A DNA stretch of 64,000 nucleotides from a virus (Duplodnaviria; Caudoviricetes). A program made the translations under genes and the position numbers. Under the pieces are notes generated by a model. It was not told the DNA's origin, made no database searches, and saw nothing but the letters and a program-made list of their open reading frames with translations. The stretch lies in the IMG/VR virus record IMGVR_UViG_3300032216_002106, positions 1 to 64,000 of that record; one strand, 5' to 3'. Positions 1 through 10,281 of the stretch are shown here, in pieces. Position 1 is the stretch's first letter. The number at the start of each line of letters is the position of its first letter.

Positions 1-226
1 GCTAGGTGAGTAGTGGACACGTGTTCTCTGGTAGCGGCATTTGCTCGTATATAGGAACGTGCTTGTAAATTTACGAACGTGCTCGTAACTATTTTCGTGG
101 TGTCACGAATATGGTCTGTCCCTTCTCCATCGCTTGCAAATGGCTTCACCCAGTGGTATGGTGCCCTTGGAGCTACCAAGAAAACCTAGGTAGTTCAGGC
201 GTACTTAGTAGTCTGAACCTCTAATT

Positions 227-445
227 ATGTGGAGACTTTGGTGTAAAGCACTAGGAGAAAAATCTTCCTCTTGTGACAAAGAGGCAGATTTAGTATCTCT
301 TATCCGCACTGTAATTTTTCTTAGTTATTTATTAACCAACCTATTTATTGTTGCAGGTGTAATAAGGCACTGGAACGATAATCAAAAAACAAGTATTTCA
401 TATCCTTGGGCCTTGTTCAAAAAACAACTTTTAAATGACGTATAA
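227..445 (+). CDS. small membrane protein of a type common in cyanophages
   Basis: 72 aa; MWRLWCKALGEK...IRTVIFLSYLLTNLFIVAGVIRHWN with one hydrophobic helix. Confidence 0.6.
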   Translation: MWRLWCKALGEKSSSCDKEADLVSLIRTVIFLSYLLTNLFIVAGVIRHWNDNQKTSISYPWALFKKQLLNDV

Positions 446-468
446 TAAACAAAGGTAAAATTAAACAC

Positions 469-1065
469 ATGTTTCTTTTAAACGGCCAGCCCCTTAGCCC
501 AGACTCACCGTTTTCAACGCCAGACGGTACGTGCTATCCGGCAAACTGGATTCGATTATCAACACCCGAAGAACGGGCTGCCATTGGAATCACAGAAGTT
601 CCTGATCCTCGTTTTTATGATCAGCGTTTTTATTGGGGTTATGACGCAGAAGGTAATTTAATTCCTAAAGACCATACACAATTGGTTGAGCAGTGGACAG
701 GACAAACGGCTACTACTGCAAATACTTTGTTGTCTCCTAGTGATTGGCAACTGGTGCGTCAAGTTGATAACGGTACACCTGCAGACACTAACTTAAAAAA
801 TTGGAGACAAGATATTCGCCTAAGTTGCAATGAAAAAATAACAAAGATTAAAGCCACTACAAGCACAGATGAACTTGCTGCTTACGTAACTGGAGGTGAA
901 TATTTTATTTGGCCACAATTAAATCCGCCTCAACCAGAAGATTCATCGGATGGTTCTTCTTCTGATGCTGTTGTTTTTGATGGCATCACAAGTGTTGCTG
1001 GTATCGTTTATAATACACTGGTAGGCAGCAGTGACTCAGTTGTTGATTCTGTTGTGTTTAATTGA
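469..1065 (+). CDS. putative tail fibre-associated protein
   Basis: N-terminal YPANWIRLSTPEERAAIGITEV...DQRFYWG and LLSPSDW...W-R motifs recalled from phage tail-fibre-adjacent proteins. Confidence 0.5.
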   Translation: MFLLNGQPLSPDSPFSTPDGTCYPANWIRLSTPEERAAIGITEVPDPRFYDQRFYWGYDAEGNLIPKDHTQLVEQWTGQTATTANTLLSPSDWQLVRQVDNGTPADTNLKNWRQDIRLSCNEKITKIKATTSTDELAAYVTGGEYFIWPQLNPPQPEDSSDGSSSDAVVFDGITSVAGIVYNTLVGSSDSVVDSVVFN

Positions 1066-2159
1066 TTATGTCTATTAAATTATATGAGGCTGCTGAATTC
1101 TACAAAGAATTAAAGCATCAAAAAGAAGCGTGGGATTGGCTTCAACAAAAAGTAGAACTAACAACCCTGGAAGAATTTAGCAAAAAGTACCGCGCAGCAG
1201 AAGCGTCAACTAAAACATATAGCAATACTTGGGATGGTGTCTATGCGGCAGCCAAAGATACAGGTGCAAAATTTCCTGAATTAGTAGCTGCACAATGGGC
1301 CTTGGAATCAGCTTGGGGATCTAGTCCATCAGGAAAAAATAATTATTTTGGACAGAAAGGAGAAGGTTCAAATCTTGAAACTAAAGAATGTATTGATGGA
1401 ACCTGGGTTACCATTACAGATGGTTTTATTGATTTCCCAGATCTAAAAACATCTGTTAAATATCTAGTTGATCGCTGGTACAAAAACTATAAAACTTACA
1501 AAGGTGTAAATAATGCACCTAACCGTAATGCGGCAGCCAATCAACTTAAAGCAGAAGGGTATGCTACTGATCCTGACTATCCCGCAAAGCTTATTCAGGT
1601 AATGGATAGCAAGCTCAAGGCACCAGAGAATAATGTGCCTAAGCAAAATCCGTTACCTGTTATTTACATGAGTCAACGAGATAATTATCGTGATGCAAGT
1701 AGAACTTGTTTTAGCTCAAGTTGCGCTATGATGCTAAAATACCTTAAACCTACAGCCATTAAGGGTGACAATGACTACGTAAAAGTAGTCTTTACCTATG
1801 GTGATAGCACTGATAGCACAGCACAATTAAAAACTTTGTTTCATTTTGGATTAGAAACAAAATTTTACACTAAAGGAACACCTGAGTTAATTAAAAAACA
1901 AATTGATGCAAATAAACCTGTACCAGTGGGATTTTTGCATCATGGCTCAGCTAGTTACCCAACAGGAAATGGGCATTGGCTTTGTATTATTGGGTATGAT
2001 TCCAGTGGATATTGGGTTAATGATCCATGGGGCGAATGCGATTTAATTACTGGTGAGTATATAAGCCAGAATGGAGCTAAATTGCATTACAGTTATAAAA
2101 ATTTTAATCCGCGCTGGTTGGTAGATGGTCCAAATTCTGGGTGGTGCATGGTGGCTTAA
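1062..2159 (+). CDS. endolysin: GH73 glucosaminidase-like domain plus C39-like peptidase domain
   Basis: AAQWALESAWG, NNYFGQKG, GYATDPDY (GH73); SQRDN...CFSSSCAM, GHW...GYD...VNDPWG (C39-like Cys/His/Asp). Confidence 0.8.
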   Translation: MIMSIKLYEAAEFYKELKHQKEAWDWLQQKVELTTLEEFSKKYRAAEASTKTYSNTWDGVYAAAKDTGAKFPELVAAQWALESAWGSSPSGKNNYFGQKGEGSNLETKECIDGTWVTITDGFIDFPDLKTSVKYLVDRWYKNYKTYKGVNNAPNRNAAANQLKAEGYATDPDYPAKLIQVMDSKLKAPENNVPKQNPLPVIYMSQRDNYRDASRTCFSSSCAMMLKYLKPTAIKGDNDYVKVVFTYGDSTDSTAQLKTLFHFGLETKFYTKGTPELIKKQIDANKPVPVGFLHHGSASYPTGNGHWLCIIGYDSSGYWVNDPWGECDLITGEYISQNGAKLHYSYKNFNPRWLVDGPNSGWCMVA

Positions 2160-2553
2160 TATATTGAAACAATAAAAACTCTTCATTTATATACCAATTT
2201 TTTGTTTCATGCCGAGTGAACCATTTGGTGTAAGCATCAAATTGTTTTAGTTTTTCTTTAGATTCACAGGTAAAAAATATACTATCTCCCTCTTTTAAAT
2301 CTTGAATCCATGCCCGTAATTGACGTATGGCAAAACCATGGGGCAATAATCCAGAAATACCAGACAATTGATTAGATAATTTTTTTGCCCTTTTATTAAG
2401 TCTTTTGTTTAACCAATCATTAAGTTGACGTTTGCTTTTGCCGCACCCAAATGAAAATAACCAAACATAATTTTCATTAATCCGCAACCAGGGCACAAGC
2501 CTAACTTTACATACTCCTTGATTTGTTGTAATTGTTTTAATTTTATGCTTCAT
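2104..2553 (-). CDS. hypothetical protein
   Basis: 149-aa ORF abutting the next gene; convergent overlap with endolysin 3' end. Confidence 0.5.
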   Translation of the reverse strand: MKHKIKTITTNQGVCKVRLVPWLRINENYVWLFSFGCGKSKRQLNDWLNKRLNKRAKKLSNQLSGISGLLPHGFAIRQLRAWIQDLKEGDSIFFTCESKEKLKQFDAYTKWFTRHETKNWYINEEFLLFQYIKPPCTTQNLDHLPTSAD

Positions 2554-3470
2554 ACATTTGTTATAAGTGAATCAAAAATTGCAGGCAGTGAATCTTCTGG
2601 GCTTCTTTCTCGACGCCAAGCGGTCAACCATTCTGAGCGTGAGTGTTCATGAACTGAATCATAATCATATGTAGGAGAAGGTTCAATTATAAATAAATCA
2701 CCGCCCGCTACTGTTAAAGTACCAATCAACCAGGTTGAGCCTTCCGGTACAGTCACTGAAAAACCAGGGTCCACAGCAGCAGATAAAAAGGTATAAGCAT
2801 TAGAGCCTGTGGGAATAGTATAGTTACTATTAAATAAAGGTCCAATAACAATAGTGTTTTCTAAGTCAATTGTTGTTTCTGTTGTTAAAAAACTACCATC
2901 TGAATCTTCCAATAACAAAAACATTTCTGTTGTTGAAAATTCAACAACTAAAGCCAGGGTGTAGTTTAATAATTCATTACGTGTACTTGATACACAAATT
3001 AAATAATTTCCTTGCTCTAAAGGAAAATACAAATCGCTACCTTTGCCAATACTGTTTGGATTTGATGTGTTGTATAGATCTGAAGCGGCACCCATTACAT
3101 GGTCATTGTAAGGGTAGTGCTGAGTAGAAAGACCAAAATAATCACTGGCACTATCTCCTTGAAATATCATCCTCCCCTGAATAGGCGTAAGGTTTAAATC
3201 ATAAGCAGATACTTGAATATAGTTAGGACGAGGCCCACCTTTTTTGGTGATTATCCAACAAGGTGCTGTTACATTAATTTGGAACCAATGATTATATGTA
3301 CCACCGCCATATCCACCATTAGAGTATTGATTAGTATCAGCTCTTCCTACTACCTGGTTTAAAGGTCCTAAAGTACCAGTAAGTTCCCGCAAAGCAGTTT
3401 GGCTAAACGGACCCAAGACCAGGGGATTTTTTTGAGTACGTTGACGCTGAGATGAAGATACTCTACTCAT
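2550..3470 (-). CDS. hypothetical beta-rich protein, possibly virion-associated
   Basis: 306 aa, Thr/Ser/Gly-rich, 4-nt coupling to the downstream ORF. Confidence 0.5.
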   Translation of the reverse strand: MSRVSSSQRQRTQKNPLVLGPFSQTALRELTGTLGPLNQVVGRADTNQYSNGGYGGGTYNHWFQINVTAPCWIITKKGGPRPNYIQVSAYDLNLTPIQGRMIFQGDSASDYFGLSTQHYPYNDHVMGAASDLYNTSNPNSIGKGSDLYFPLEQGNYLICVSSTRNELLNYTLALVVEFSTTEMFLLLEDSDGSFLTTETTIDLENTIVIGPLFNSNYTIPTGSNAYTFLSAAVDPGFSVTVPEGSTWLIGTLTVAGGDLFIIEPSPTYDYDSVHEHSRSEWLTAWRRERSPEDSLPAIFDSLITNV

Positions 3471-3484
3471 TTATAGTTATTGTT

Positions 3485-4177
3485 TTAATTATTGTACTCC
3501 GGATTTTCAGCCACATCTAGTGGATGTGCAATTGTAGGTTTTATATCTTTAAGAATAAGGGCTTGAATATTATTGCGTAATTTTGTTTTACCAAACAACA
3601 TTAGTTGCTCTGCTTCAAATTTTGTATAAAACGGTGAAATAGATGCAGGCGGTGTTTTTCGATTCCAACTGGAGACTAAATGCAAAGGATTAAGGCATTC
3701 TTGATTGCCACAAGATCGTGTCACCGTAAGATTGCCAACATCCCCCCAGGCGCATTGATAAAGAACTTTATGCAAGGATACGTTTTCTGATTTTTGGTGG
3801 CTATAGAAAGATCGATAAGAAGGAAAGCAGACTCTTTTAGTATTAGCTTTACCTTGAGAGGTTAGAGTCCAACAGTCTTCCCAGTCTCCTGGCAAGATGC
3901 GTTTCCAAAGTTGCAGGTATTTAACCTTGTAATCATCATGAATAAAATTTATATTAAATCCACAATTGTTTGAAAGAATTTTTTCAATGCAGTGATAGCA
4001 CCAATGGTTTTTTATGTCACGAATGAAATGGTTGTGAGGACACTGAAAACCCCTGTAAAAACCGTGGCTTTCTAATTCATTTGTCTCAAGTGAGTCTATG
4101 TCTGGTACGTGGCGAAAACTGGCTTGGGTCACAACTGTTTTAATGGTTTGAGTTAGCCTTAGTCTAAGGTTTGCCAT
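3485..4177 (-). CDS. Zn-finger / HNH (His-Me finger) endonuclease-like protein
   Basis: FQCPHNH...WCYHC zinc motif; CWT...HKVLY...SCGNQECLNPLHL HNH-type signature. Confidence 0.6.
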   Translation of the reverse strand: MANLRLRLTQTIKTVVTQASFRHVPDIDSLETNELESHGFYRGFQCPHNHFIRDIKNHWCYHCIEKILSNNCGFNINFIHDDYKVKYLQLWKRILPGDWEDCWTLTSQGKANTKRVCFPSYRSFYSHQKSENVSLHKVLYQCAWGDVGNLTVTRSCGNQECLNPLHLVSSWNRKTPPASISPFYTKFEAEQLMLFGKTKLRNNIQALILKDIKPTIAHPLDVAENPEYNN

Positions 4178-4563
4178 CAGCCTGTTACCGTCTCCAGTTG
4201 GCGCTTTCGTGTTCGTTTTGATTGTGGACGTATGTGCAAGATTAGTTCTTTTCTATTGTCTTTTTCTTTATTGCTAGGTCCATAAAGGATGTCCGCATTG
4301 CCTGGGTCAACGCCAGTCCGCAAGTAATACACGAGACGGTGGGCATGGAACTGATCGCCGTTCATGCGTATCAGGTAGTAATCCCCTGGCGTGGTCCACT
4401 TGCCTGCCATGTCACCAACCCTGTGGTAGTACGCATCTTCAACCCACTCAAGACCACTGGGATACGCATCAGAAAGTTTAAGTTTTGTTTCTACGTACCA
4501 CAGAGGGAGCATTGGCTTGTAGGCGCGAACCATGGTACAGGAGTTTTTTCGACTATAGAACAC
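4177..4563 (-). CDS. HNH homing endonuclease-like protein, probably degenerate
   Basis: GLEW...AG...YYLIRMNGDQFHAHRLVYYLRTG...DNRKEL; the usual DH of the active site is replaced (ADILY). Confidence 0.55.
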   Translation of the reverse strand: MFYSRKNSCTMVRAYKPMLPLWYVETKLKLSDAYPSGLEWVEDAYYHRVGDMAGKWTTPGDYYLIRMNGDQFHAHRLVYYLRTGVDPGNADILYGPSNKEKDNRKELILHIRPQSKRTRKRQLETVTG

Positions 4564-4656
4564 ATCAGGGGGAGGGTCAAGTGCAGGGAATGCGACTTTA
4601 CCCTTAATTATATCTTTACTAGAAGTAAATAACAGTTTGATTTTAAATTGTAATTT

Positions 4657-4699
4657 TATATGACTGAACTATGACTGTCAGTAGTATTTCAGTCATATA
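4657..4699. repeat. 12-bp inverted repeat in AT-rich intergenic region
   Basis: TATATGACTGAA (4657-4668) / TTCAGTCATATA (4688-4699). Confidence 0.8.
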
Positions 4700-4850
4700 A
4701 AATGACAAAACGATTTAAAACTGTTATTTACGTCTTACTAAGTATAAAGTACCCCTAAAGTTGCATTCTATGCACTGTCATTTTAGTCTCACAATAAGAC
4801 CCCTTGCTATCACTACCTTCTTCTGTTTTCCTTAATATTCTTACGCAAAT

Positions 4851-4877
4851 AAAAAAGCCCCTGCCGAAGCAGAGGCT
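4851..4877 (-). terminator. intrinsic terminator downstream of the glycosyltransferase
   Basis: minus strand AGCCTCTGC-TTCG-GCAGGGGCT followed by TTTTT. Confidence 0.8.
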
Positions 4878-4900
4878 CTTAACTTCCTCACCCCTGCATC

Positions 4901-6163
4901 TTACACAGGGCATGCCCCCGTGGGACACCCACAATCCATTGATGCCTCTTCTGCCTCCTTGATGGCAGGTTCCTCCACCGGAGTCAACACCTCTTGAAAC
5001 TCCTGGTGGAATTGTTGAGCGATGTTGTCCCAGTTGTACTGGTCATCAGTGGCTCTTGTGTAGCAAGCGTCTGCAACGCCCTTGAGCTTGTCACGGTCGT
5101 AGTACAACTCATTCAATAGCTCTGTCAGGTGTTTATCGCTAGGACAGGGCAGTTCCCGCCCATAATTGGTATCCACATCTACATGGTCACATCTAATCAG
5201 AGGTGCGGCCCCTTCAAAGATTTCTTTACAAGATGTGTGGTTTGGGACAATTTGTGCTACACGACAGGCGGCATGCTCATGGGAAACAAGCCCGTGCCCT
5301 TCCCCTTTACACGTATTGATTCCAACATCAACCGCGTTATAAATAGTATTTAAAAATTCAACGGCTACGTTAGGAGGGCCAGGATTATTGCCTGTAAAAA
5401 TAATTCGCCCATTTGGATTAAGCCCACGCTTGTTCATTTCCCTGCCAAACAAAGGCAGAAGATCCCAACCTTGATCTTTTAGGCCCATGTGTAGGTATAG
5501 TTGCGCATCTGGCTTATCTACTGCAAAGTCTGCAAATGCCGAGATGGTAATGTCTTGCCGCTTACGAAATTGATTTCTATTGCCATTAAACACAATAAAA
5601 ATATCTTCCGGCAATCCAAGTTCTTTGCGGCATGCAGCCTTATCTTTTGGATAGAACTGAACCTTGTCAATACCATGGGGTATCACAGAGATAGGCCGCT
5701 GGATCCCACCACGAATTGATTCATTTGCACCAAATTCTGTATAACAGATACATCCATCCCAGGAATTAGCAGTATCCCCCAGGGCACCAAGCCACCCATA
5801 CGAATCCATGGGATAGTACCCCACAAATTTAAAAGCTTTTTTTTCATGGATATCAGCAATTCGCTTGTACAACTCATTAATAATCCAGATATCGTTCATT
5901 ACAAAAACAATATCAGGTTTTTCTATCTCAACAATTTCTCGAATGCGTTCTACACCAAAAGGCTCAGTTTGATGCCTGTTGCTAGAAGGATAAATCTTAT
6001 ACTCATTTCTCAACGCGTGTGGATCACCCCAGTAATTATTTCCAAGAACTACAATTTCATATTTGTCAGAAAGTCGTTGCAAAACATTTTCTGTTACACG
6101 AGCAAAACCCGTCATTGCAATAATATCCCCAGACCAAAGCAGCTTGGGTTTTTTGTCAGTCAT
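4901..6163 (-). CDS. GT-B fold glycosyltransferase (GT4-like)
   Basis: KLLWSGD...TGFARVT, IPHGID, NRNQFRKRQD, YNAVDVGINTCKGEGHGL. Confidence 0.8.
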   Translation of the reverse strand: MTDKKPKLLWSGDIIAMTGFARVTENVLQRLSDKYEIVVLGNNYWGDPHALRNEYKIYPSSNRHQTEPFGVERIREIVEIEKPDIVFVMNDIWIINELYKRIADIHEKKAFKFVGYYPMDSYGWLGALGDTANSWDGCICYTEFGANESIRGGIQRPISVIPHGIDKVQFYPKDKAACRKELGLPEDIFIVFNGNRNQFRKRQDITISAFADFAVDKPDAQLYLHMGLKDQGWDLLPLFGREMNKRGLNPNGRIIFTGNNPGPPNVAVEFLNTIYNAVDVGINTCKGEGHGLVSHEHAACRVAQIVPNHTSCKEIFEGAAPLIRCDHVDVDTNYGRELPCPSDKHLTELLNELYYDRDKLKGVADACYTRATDDQYNWDNIAQQFHQEFQEVLTPVEEPAIKEAEEASMDCGCPTGACPV

Positions 6164-6208
6164 TTAATTAATCAGTTAACTCCTTTTGAAATATAGCAGA
6201 AATAAAAG

Positions 6209-6583
6209 CTAGCTAAATGCGCATAATTCTCTTTTTATTGCAGAAGACCGTACTAATGCCTTTTTATCTACTTGAGTTGCGCCCAATTCTTCTATTAAAA
6301 AATCAGCTGCTTTTTGCGTATTAGTTGAATCTACGTTGCAGGTATAAAGGTCAATTGCTGCATATCCCAGCTCTGGCCATGTATGAATAGATGAATGGCT
6401 TTCAGCCAACAATGCCAACAGTGTTACCCCTTGTGGCAAGAACCGCTCACCAATAACACGAAGCACATTGGCTCCAGCCAAGCATAGGGCTTTTTCCAGC
6501 AGCGTACTCAACTGGTCGTAATCATCCAGAATTATTGGATCACAACCGTCCAGATCTAAGATTAAATGCTGCCCTTGCTTCAT
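6209..6583 (-). CDS. speD: S-adenosylmethionine decarboxylase proenzyme
   Basis: GQHLILDL...F-PQGVT...LAESHSSIHTWPE.GYAAIDLYTC with the E|S autocleavage site. Confidence 0.9.
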   Translation of the reverse strand: MKQGQHLILDLDGCDPIILDDYDQLSTLLEKALCLAGANVLRVIGERFLPQGVTLLALLAESHSSIHTWPELGYAAIDLYTCNVDSTNTQKAADFLIEELGATQVDKKALVRSSAIKRELCAFS

Positions 6584-9231
6584 TCGTCTGTTGTATTTTC
6601 ATCTTCTATTTTATTAGCACTTTTCTTAGTTTCTAACACTTCACCATAAAACTCTTTAAACTTTTCTTTATCAGAAGCAACTTCAACAATAGAAGGATAT
6701 TTTTCAAATCCTGGTCCACTATCCCGAAGCGCCACATTGAATACAATCAAACCTCTTGTATTCCTTTTATATCCAATATTTAACTTTAGCTGATGCTGAC
6801 ATACATCAAAAAATAACGGCTCCCACCTATTCCTTGACATAATATTTACATTTGATTGTTTGCAGAATTCACAGTAACTGGCATATAGCCATTCATTCCA
6901 TTTAACGTAAGATCCGCTGCCTCCTGGAGGAGCATGTTTAGCAAAACCAACACAACACGCAGCACCTGGTACGTAACACAATGAATGCTCCATCCAATCC
7001 AATAAGGGGCTTGATCTTAGGGATTGAATTTTTTCATACTCTTTAAAGTATTTTACTTTGTTCCCTGTGCTCATTAAATATTCACGCATTTCTTCGGTGG
7101 TTAAATCTAATAACCAGTTCACTAATCCAGGCAACAAAGCAGCAAATTCTCCCCGTGGGTCACCATTTACATCAAACTTGATTAACTCACGTTGTTGTTC
7201 TGGGCCACCTTCAAATGGTCGGTCAAATGGAATTGTTAGACGACGACGCGCCAGTCCTGATGTGTAATCAGTAGATTGAATTGCTTCATTAGCTGTAATC
7301 ATTACTAAGCCATGGAACTGAAATGGTTCTGGATTCTCGGCTTGAAACTTGCGTTCTACACGGATCCAATCACCACCAGTAATTGCTTTTAGCTTTGATA
7401 CTGAACCACCCCACCTATCCATGTCTTGGAATAGCAGCAGTTTTTTATTCATAAATGCAATTGTTTCAAATCGATTGGTCTCTAGATTGTTAAAGTCTGT
7501 ACTGTAGGTATTATGTTTTCCAACTAGTGCTACGGCTAAGTTTGCATAAGTGCTTTTTCCACTTTTACCGGGACCGATAATTTCAACAAACTTCTGAATG
7601 TCATAACATCCAAGAAGCGTTGCCCTTAACCAGGCTCTCAATACCTGGACACGTTCCCAGTCATTACGTTGTGTAAACTTCAACCATTTAATAATGCTGT
7701 CACAGGTAGCGGCTGGGTCATAGCAATAAGGCATACGTTGAGTTAAGTAAAGTTTTTTATCAAAGTTTAACAATTCTTTTGTTTCTACATTTAATACGCC
7801 ATTTGCAAATAGCAAATAGTTGGTACCGTCATACCATTTATTAAAAGCCAGTATTGATTGCAATTGAATAAATAAATCATTCATTAGATTTGCGCTGAAA
7901 CCATTAGGTAATGATATTTCTATTAGCTTCTCTCTAATGCTGCCCATCATTTCTACCTTGGTATAAGCAGACCAAAGCCCTGGATGTTCTAGTTCATAGT
8001 AATAAAACTGTCCATGAGGTTGGCTATACAACAACTTGCCTTTATATGCTTGTAGCACTAAGTCTGCAATGTCACTTGCAGGTGGATTTCGTGGCTTTTG
8101 TTCTTTGCCACTGCCTTCTGTTTTTATTTTTGTTTTTGTTTGCTTGCCCTTGTTAGGTGAGTTAGCCCTAGTCATAGCAGCTGCTTCCAGCAACACACTA
8201 TGCTCATCATCAATTACTTTAATGCCAAGTTGATCTTCCATTTGAGCCAACATTGTTGCAACACTATCAAGTGTTTGATCATCTACATTCATTGCCTTGT
8301 GTTCTTGAGAAGGTTTCCAACCGTGTTCTTGTGCAATATGAATAAGGCTGCCAACACTACGTCCACCACCCTTACTAAAAGATTTCCAACGACGATGACA
8401 CTCACCATCTTTATACTTATCACTTTGCTTGGACCAATCATCCCACTCACTTAATAATGATTCATCCAGTGAATGAAGACTTTGTCCAATAGTGATCCAT
8501 ATGTCATAATCATCAGCAGCATCTGGGGGCAATGCATGCATAGCTTCTATTGCTAACTTCATATCTCGTTCAAGAGATATTTCAGTATTAATAGCAAACC
8601 CTGGCCCAACAAAACGACTATATTCTGTTGATGGCTTACCTTGTCTTACGTTTTTATTAATAATGCTACGAATAATCCACTCAGGTAATTCAGGTAGTTT
8701 ATTGGCCCATTCAAATCCAAGCCCTTCTGCTGTGTGATATCCCTCAGTTTCTGGGTGAAGACCCATTAATGCACCTTGGTGTTTACTCCATAACACCTCG
8801 AGCTGTTCACGGTTTACCTCTGCATGCCATACATATTTATTACGCAGGAAATGATCCCAATGTTTTTTATCTAGTTTGTATAATTTACGAAACCTACCAG
8901 GCTTGCCACTTAGTATTGTTAGTGTTTCAGGCAGGGCTTCTTCTAGGGAACACTGGGCAGTCTCGATAATAAGCTGCTCTACACTGGGGCCATCAGCGTC
9001 AACCCATACCAACCCATAGGGATGATTGAACACCGGACCTGCCATCAAACCGATAGCTTTGCAGCTGCCTTCAGCTAGCTCCTGTTCAATATCATTTACA
9101 CCAAAAGGCTTGTTCTGCCAAGCCAAAGTATATGGATCTTTCCTGGCACCCAAAGGAGTAAGGGGCCAATCAAGGGGAATGTAGTCAAGCCGTATCTCAC
9201 CTGGTCTCAGAGCTTTTGATTCGCTGGTCAT
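6580..9231 (-). CDS. primase-polymerase / PriCT-2 / D5-like SF3 helicase fusion
   Basis: N-terminal PrimPol (WVDADG), YDIWITIGQSLH...W..WS (PriCT-2), Walker A GPGKSGKST, ITANE motif. Confidence 0.9.
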   Translation of the reverse strand: MTSESKALRPGEIRLDYIPLDWPLTPLGARKDPYTLAWQNKPFGVNDIEQELAEGSCKAIGLMAGPVFNHPYGLVWVDADGPSVEQLIIETAQCSLEEALPETLTILSGKPGRFRKLYKLDKKHWDHFLRNKYVWHAEVNREQLEVLWSKHQGALMGLHPETEGYHTAEGLGFEWANKLPELPEWIIRSIINKNVRQGKPSTEYSRFVGPGFAINTEISLERDMKLAIEAMHALPPDAADDYDIWITIGQSLHSLDESLLSEWDDWSKQSDKYKDGECHRRWKSFSKGGGRSVGSLIHIAQEHGWKPSQEHKAMNVDDQTLDSVATMLAQMEDQLGIKVIDDEHSVLLEAAAMTRANSPNKGKQTKTKIKTEGSGKEQKPRNPPASDIADLVLQAYKGKLLYSQPHGQFYYYELEHPGLWSAYTKVEMMGSIREKLIEISLPNGFSANLMNDLFIQLQSILAFNKWYDGTNYLLFANGVLNVETKELLNFDKKLYLTQRMPYCYDPAATCDSIIKWLKFTQRNDWERVQVLRAWLRATLLGCYDIQKFVEIIGPGKSGKSTYANLAVALVGKHNTYSTDFNNLETNRFETIAFMNKKLLLFQDMDRWGGSVSKLKAITGGDWIRVERKFQAENPEPFQFHGLVMITANEAIQSTDYTSGLARRRLTIPFDRPFEGGPEQQRELIKFDVNGDPRGEFAALLPGLVNWLLDLTTEEMREYLMSTGNKVKYFKEYEKIQSLRSSPLLDWMEHSLCYVPGAACCVGFAKHAPPGGSGSYVKWNEWLYASYCEFCKQSNVNIMSRNRWEPLFFDVCQHQLKLNIGYKRNTRGLIVFNVALRDSGPGFEKYPSIVEVASDKEKFKEFYGEVLETKKSANKIEDENTTDE

Positions 9232-9419
9232 TTGAGTACGGCGGCTTGTTCTAGTTTAAATTCAAATGGTGCTTTGGGGAACAGATCTTCTTTAACAATT
9301 AAGAAGGCATGCACATGAGCAGTGGAGGGAAGGTGGAAACATAGTGGAGTATCAGGGTTTCCTGACATGACCTGAGCAAAGTATGGAATCCATTGCCCGG
9401 TACTAACGTGAATGTCCAC
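9228..9419 (-). CDS. hypothetical protein
   Basis: 63 aa, 4-nt overlap with the primase start. Confidence 0.45.
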   Translation of the reverse strand: MDIHVSTGQWIPYFAQVMSGNPDTPLCFHLPSTAHVHAFLIVKEDLFPKAPFEFKLEQAAVLK

Positions 9420-9480
9420 CAGTCCAAAGCAGCACCTCTCATTCTACCGCCTTCTTTTTCTTCTGACCACTAAGACCTGT

Positions 9481-10281
9481 TTAAATTAGGTCTGGATCGT
9501 AGGCCCCGCATCTTTCAATTTGTGAGTAATATTCAGCAACAAGTTGATACCAATCTTCTCTAAGACTATCCAAAAATTTCCTGGAAATCTTAAAGACTTG
9601 AGTACGTATAGGCGTTGATACCAAGATTGCTGCCTGTTGGACTTTCATGCCAAGGGTTTGTTCAATACCCAAATCGTATGCTGCTAATTGCTTAAGAGTT
9701 TTTTTATATTTCATATTGCCACCCAAGAGGTCTCGCCATTCTTGCGACCCCTTTTCCACATCCTTAGGCCAATTCCGACTATAGGGTTTAACGCTGGTCT
9801 TTAGGTCGGCTAGAGTCAACTTATTACCCACTACCCCAATTAGGTCAGGAGATCCAGCCCATGCCCGGTCTTCGTGGTCTTTACCCCATACCCTGCCTAC
9901 CCCATCTGTTGACAAAGCAAATTGATGTTTGTCCAAAAGTGGTGTCTCAGCCCAGATGATTTCATCAAACTGATCCAAAATCTTGGGCATCCCCTCCCAA
10001 TACTCCTTATATTCTTCTGGTATTTCAACAGGTAATTTTTTGCAGTACGACTCCATTCCTGCGTGAATACAGGTGCCGCGTTCTGCAGCAGCCTCCTTAA
10101 CACCAGGGTTATTCTTGGACCACATCTCCAATTTTTTCTTATTAGCTTCCGATGCAGTCTCAGAAAGTATTGTTGTTACCGAAGGCGCTGGTCCTGTATA
10201 GAACGGAGTGTTGTAATGGCGCTTACCGTTGATCGTAACCCTGGAGGGCAGCTGATTTAACTGCGCGTAATCAACAGACAT
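9481..10281 (-). CDS. PD-(D/E)XK (Cas4-like) phage exonuclease
   Basis: PSVTTIL, RGTCIH, AGSPDL...LADLKTS, QLAAY. Confidence 0.75.
   Translation of the reverse strand: MSVDYAQLNQLPSRVTINGKRHYNTPFYTGPAPSVTTILSETASEANKKKLEMWSKNNPGVKEAAAERGTCIHAGMESYCKKLPVEIPEEYKEYWEGMPKILDQFDEIIWAETPLLDKHQFALSTDGVGRVWGKDHEDRAWAGSPDLIGVVGNKLTLADLKTSVKPYSRNWPKDVEKGSQEWRDLLGGNMKYKKTLKQLAAYDLGIEQTLGMKVQQAAILVSTPIRTQVFKISRKFLDSLREDWYQLVAEYYSQIERCGAYDPDLI

Noticed and set aside
469-3470. diversity-generating retroelement acting on tail genes
   Set aside because: No reverse transcriptase and no template/variable repeat pair seen.
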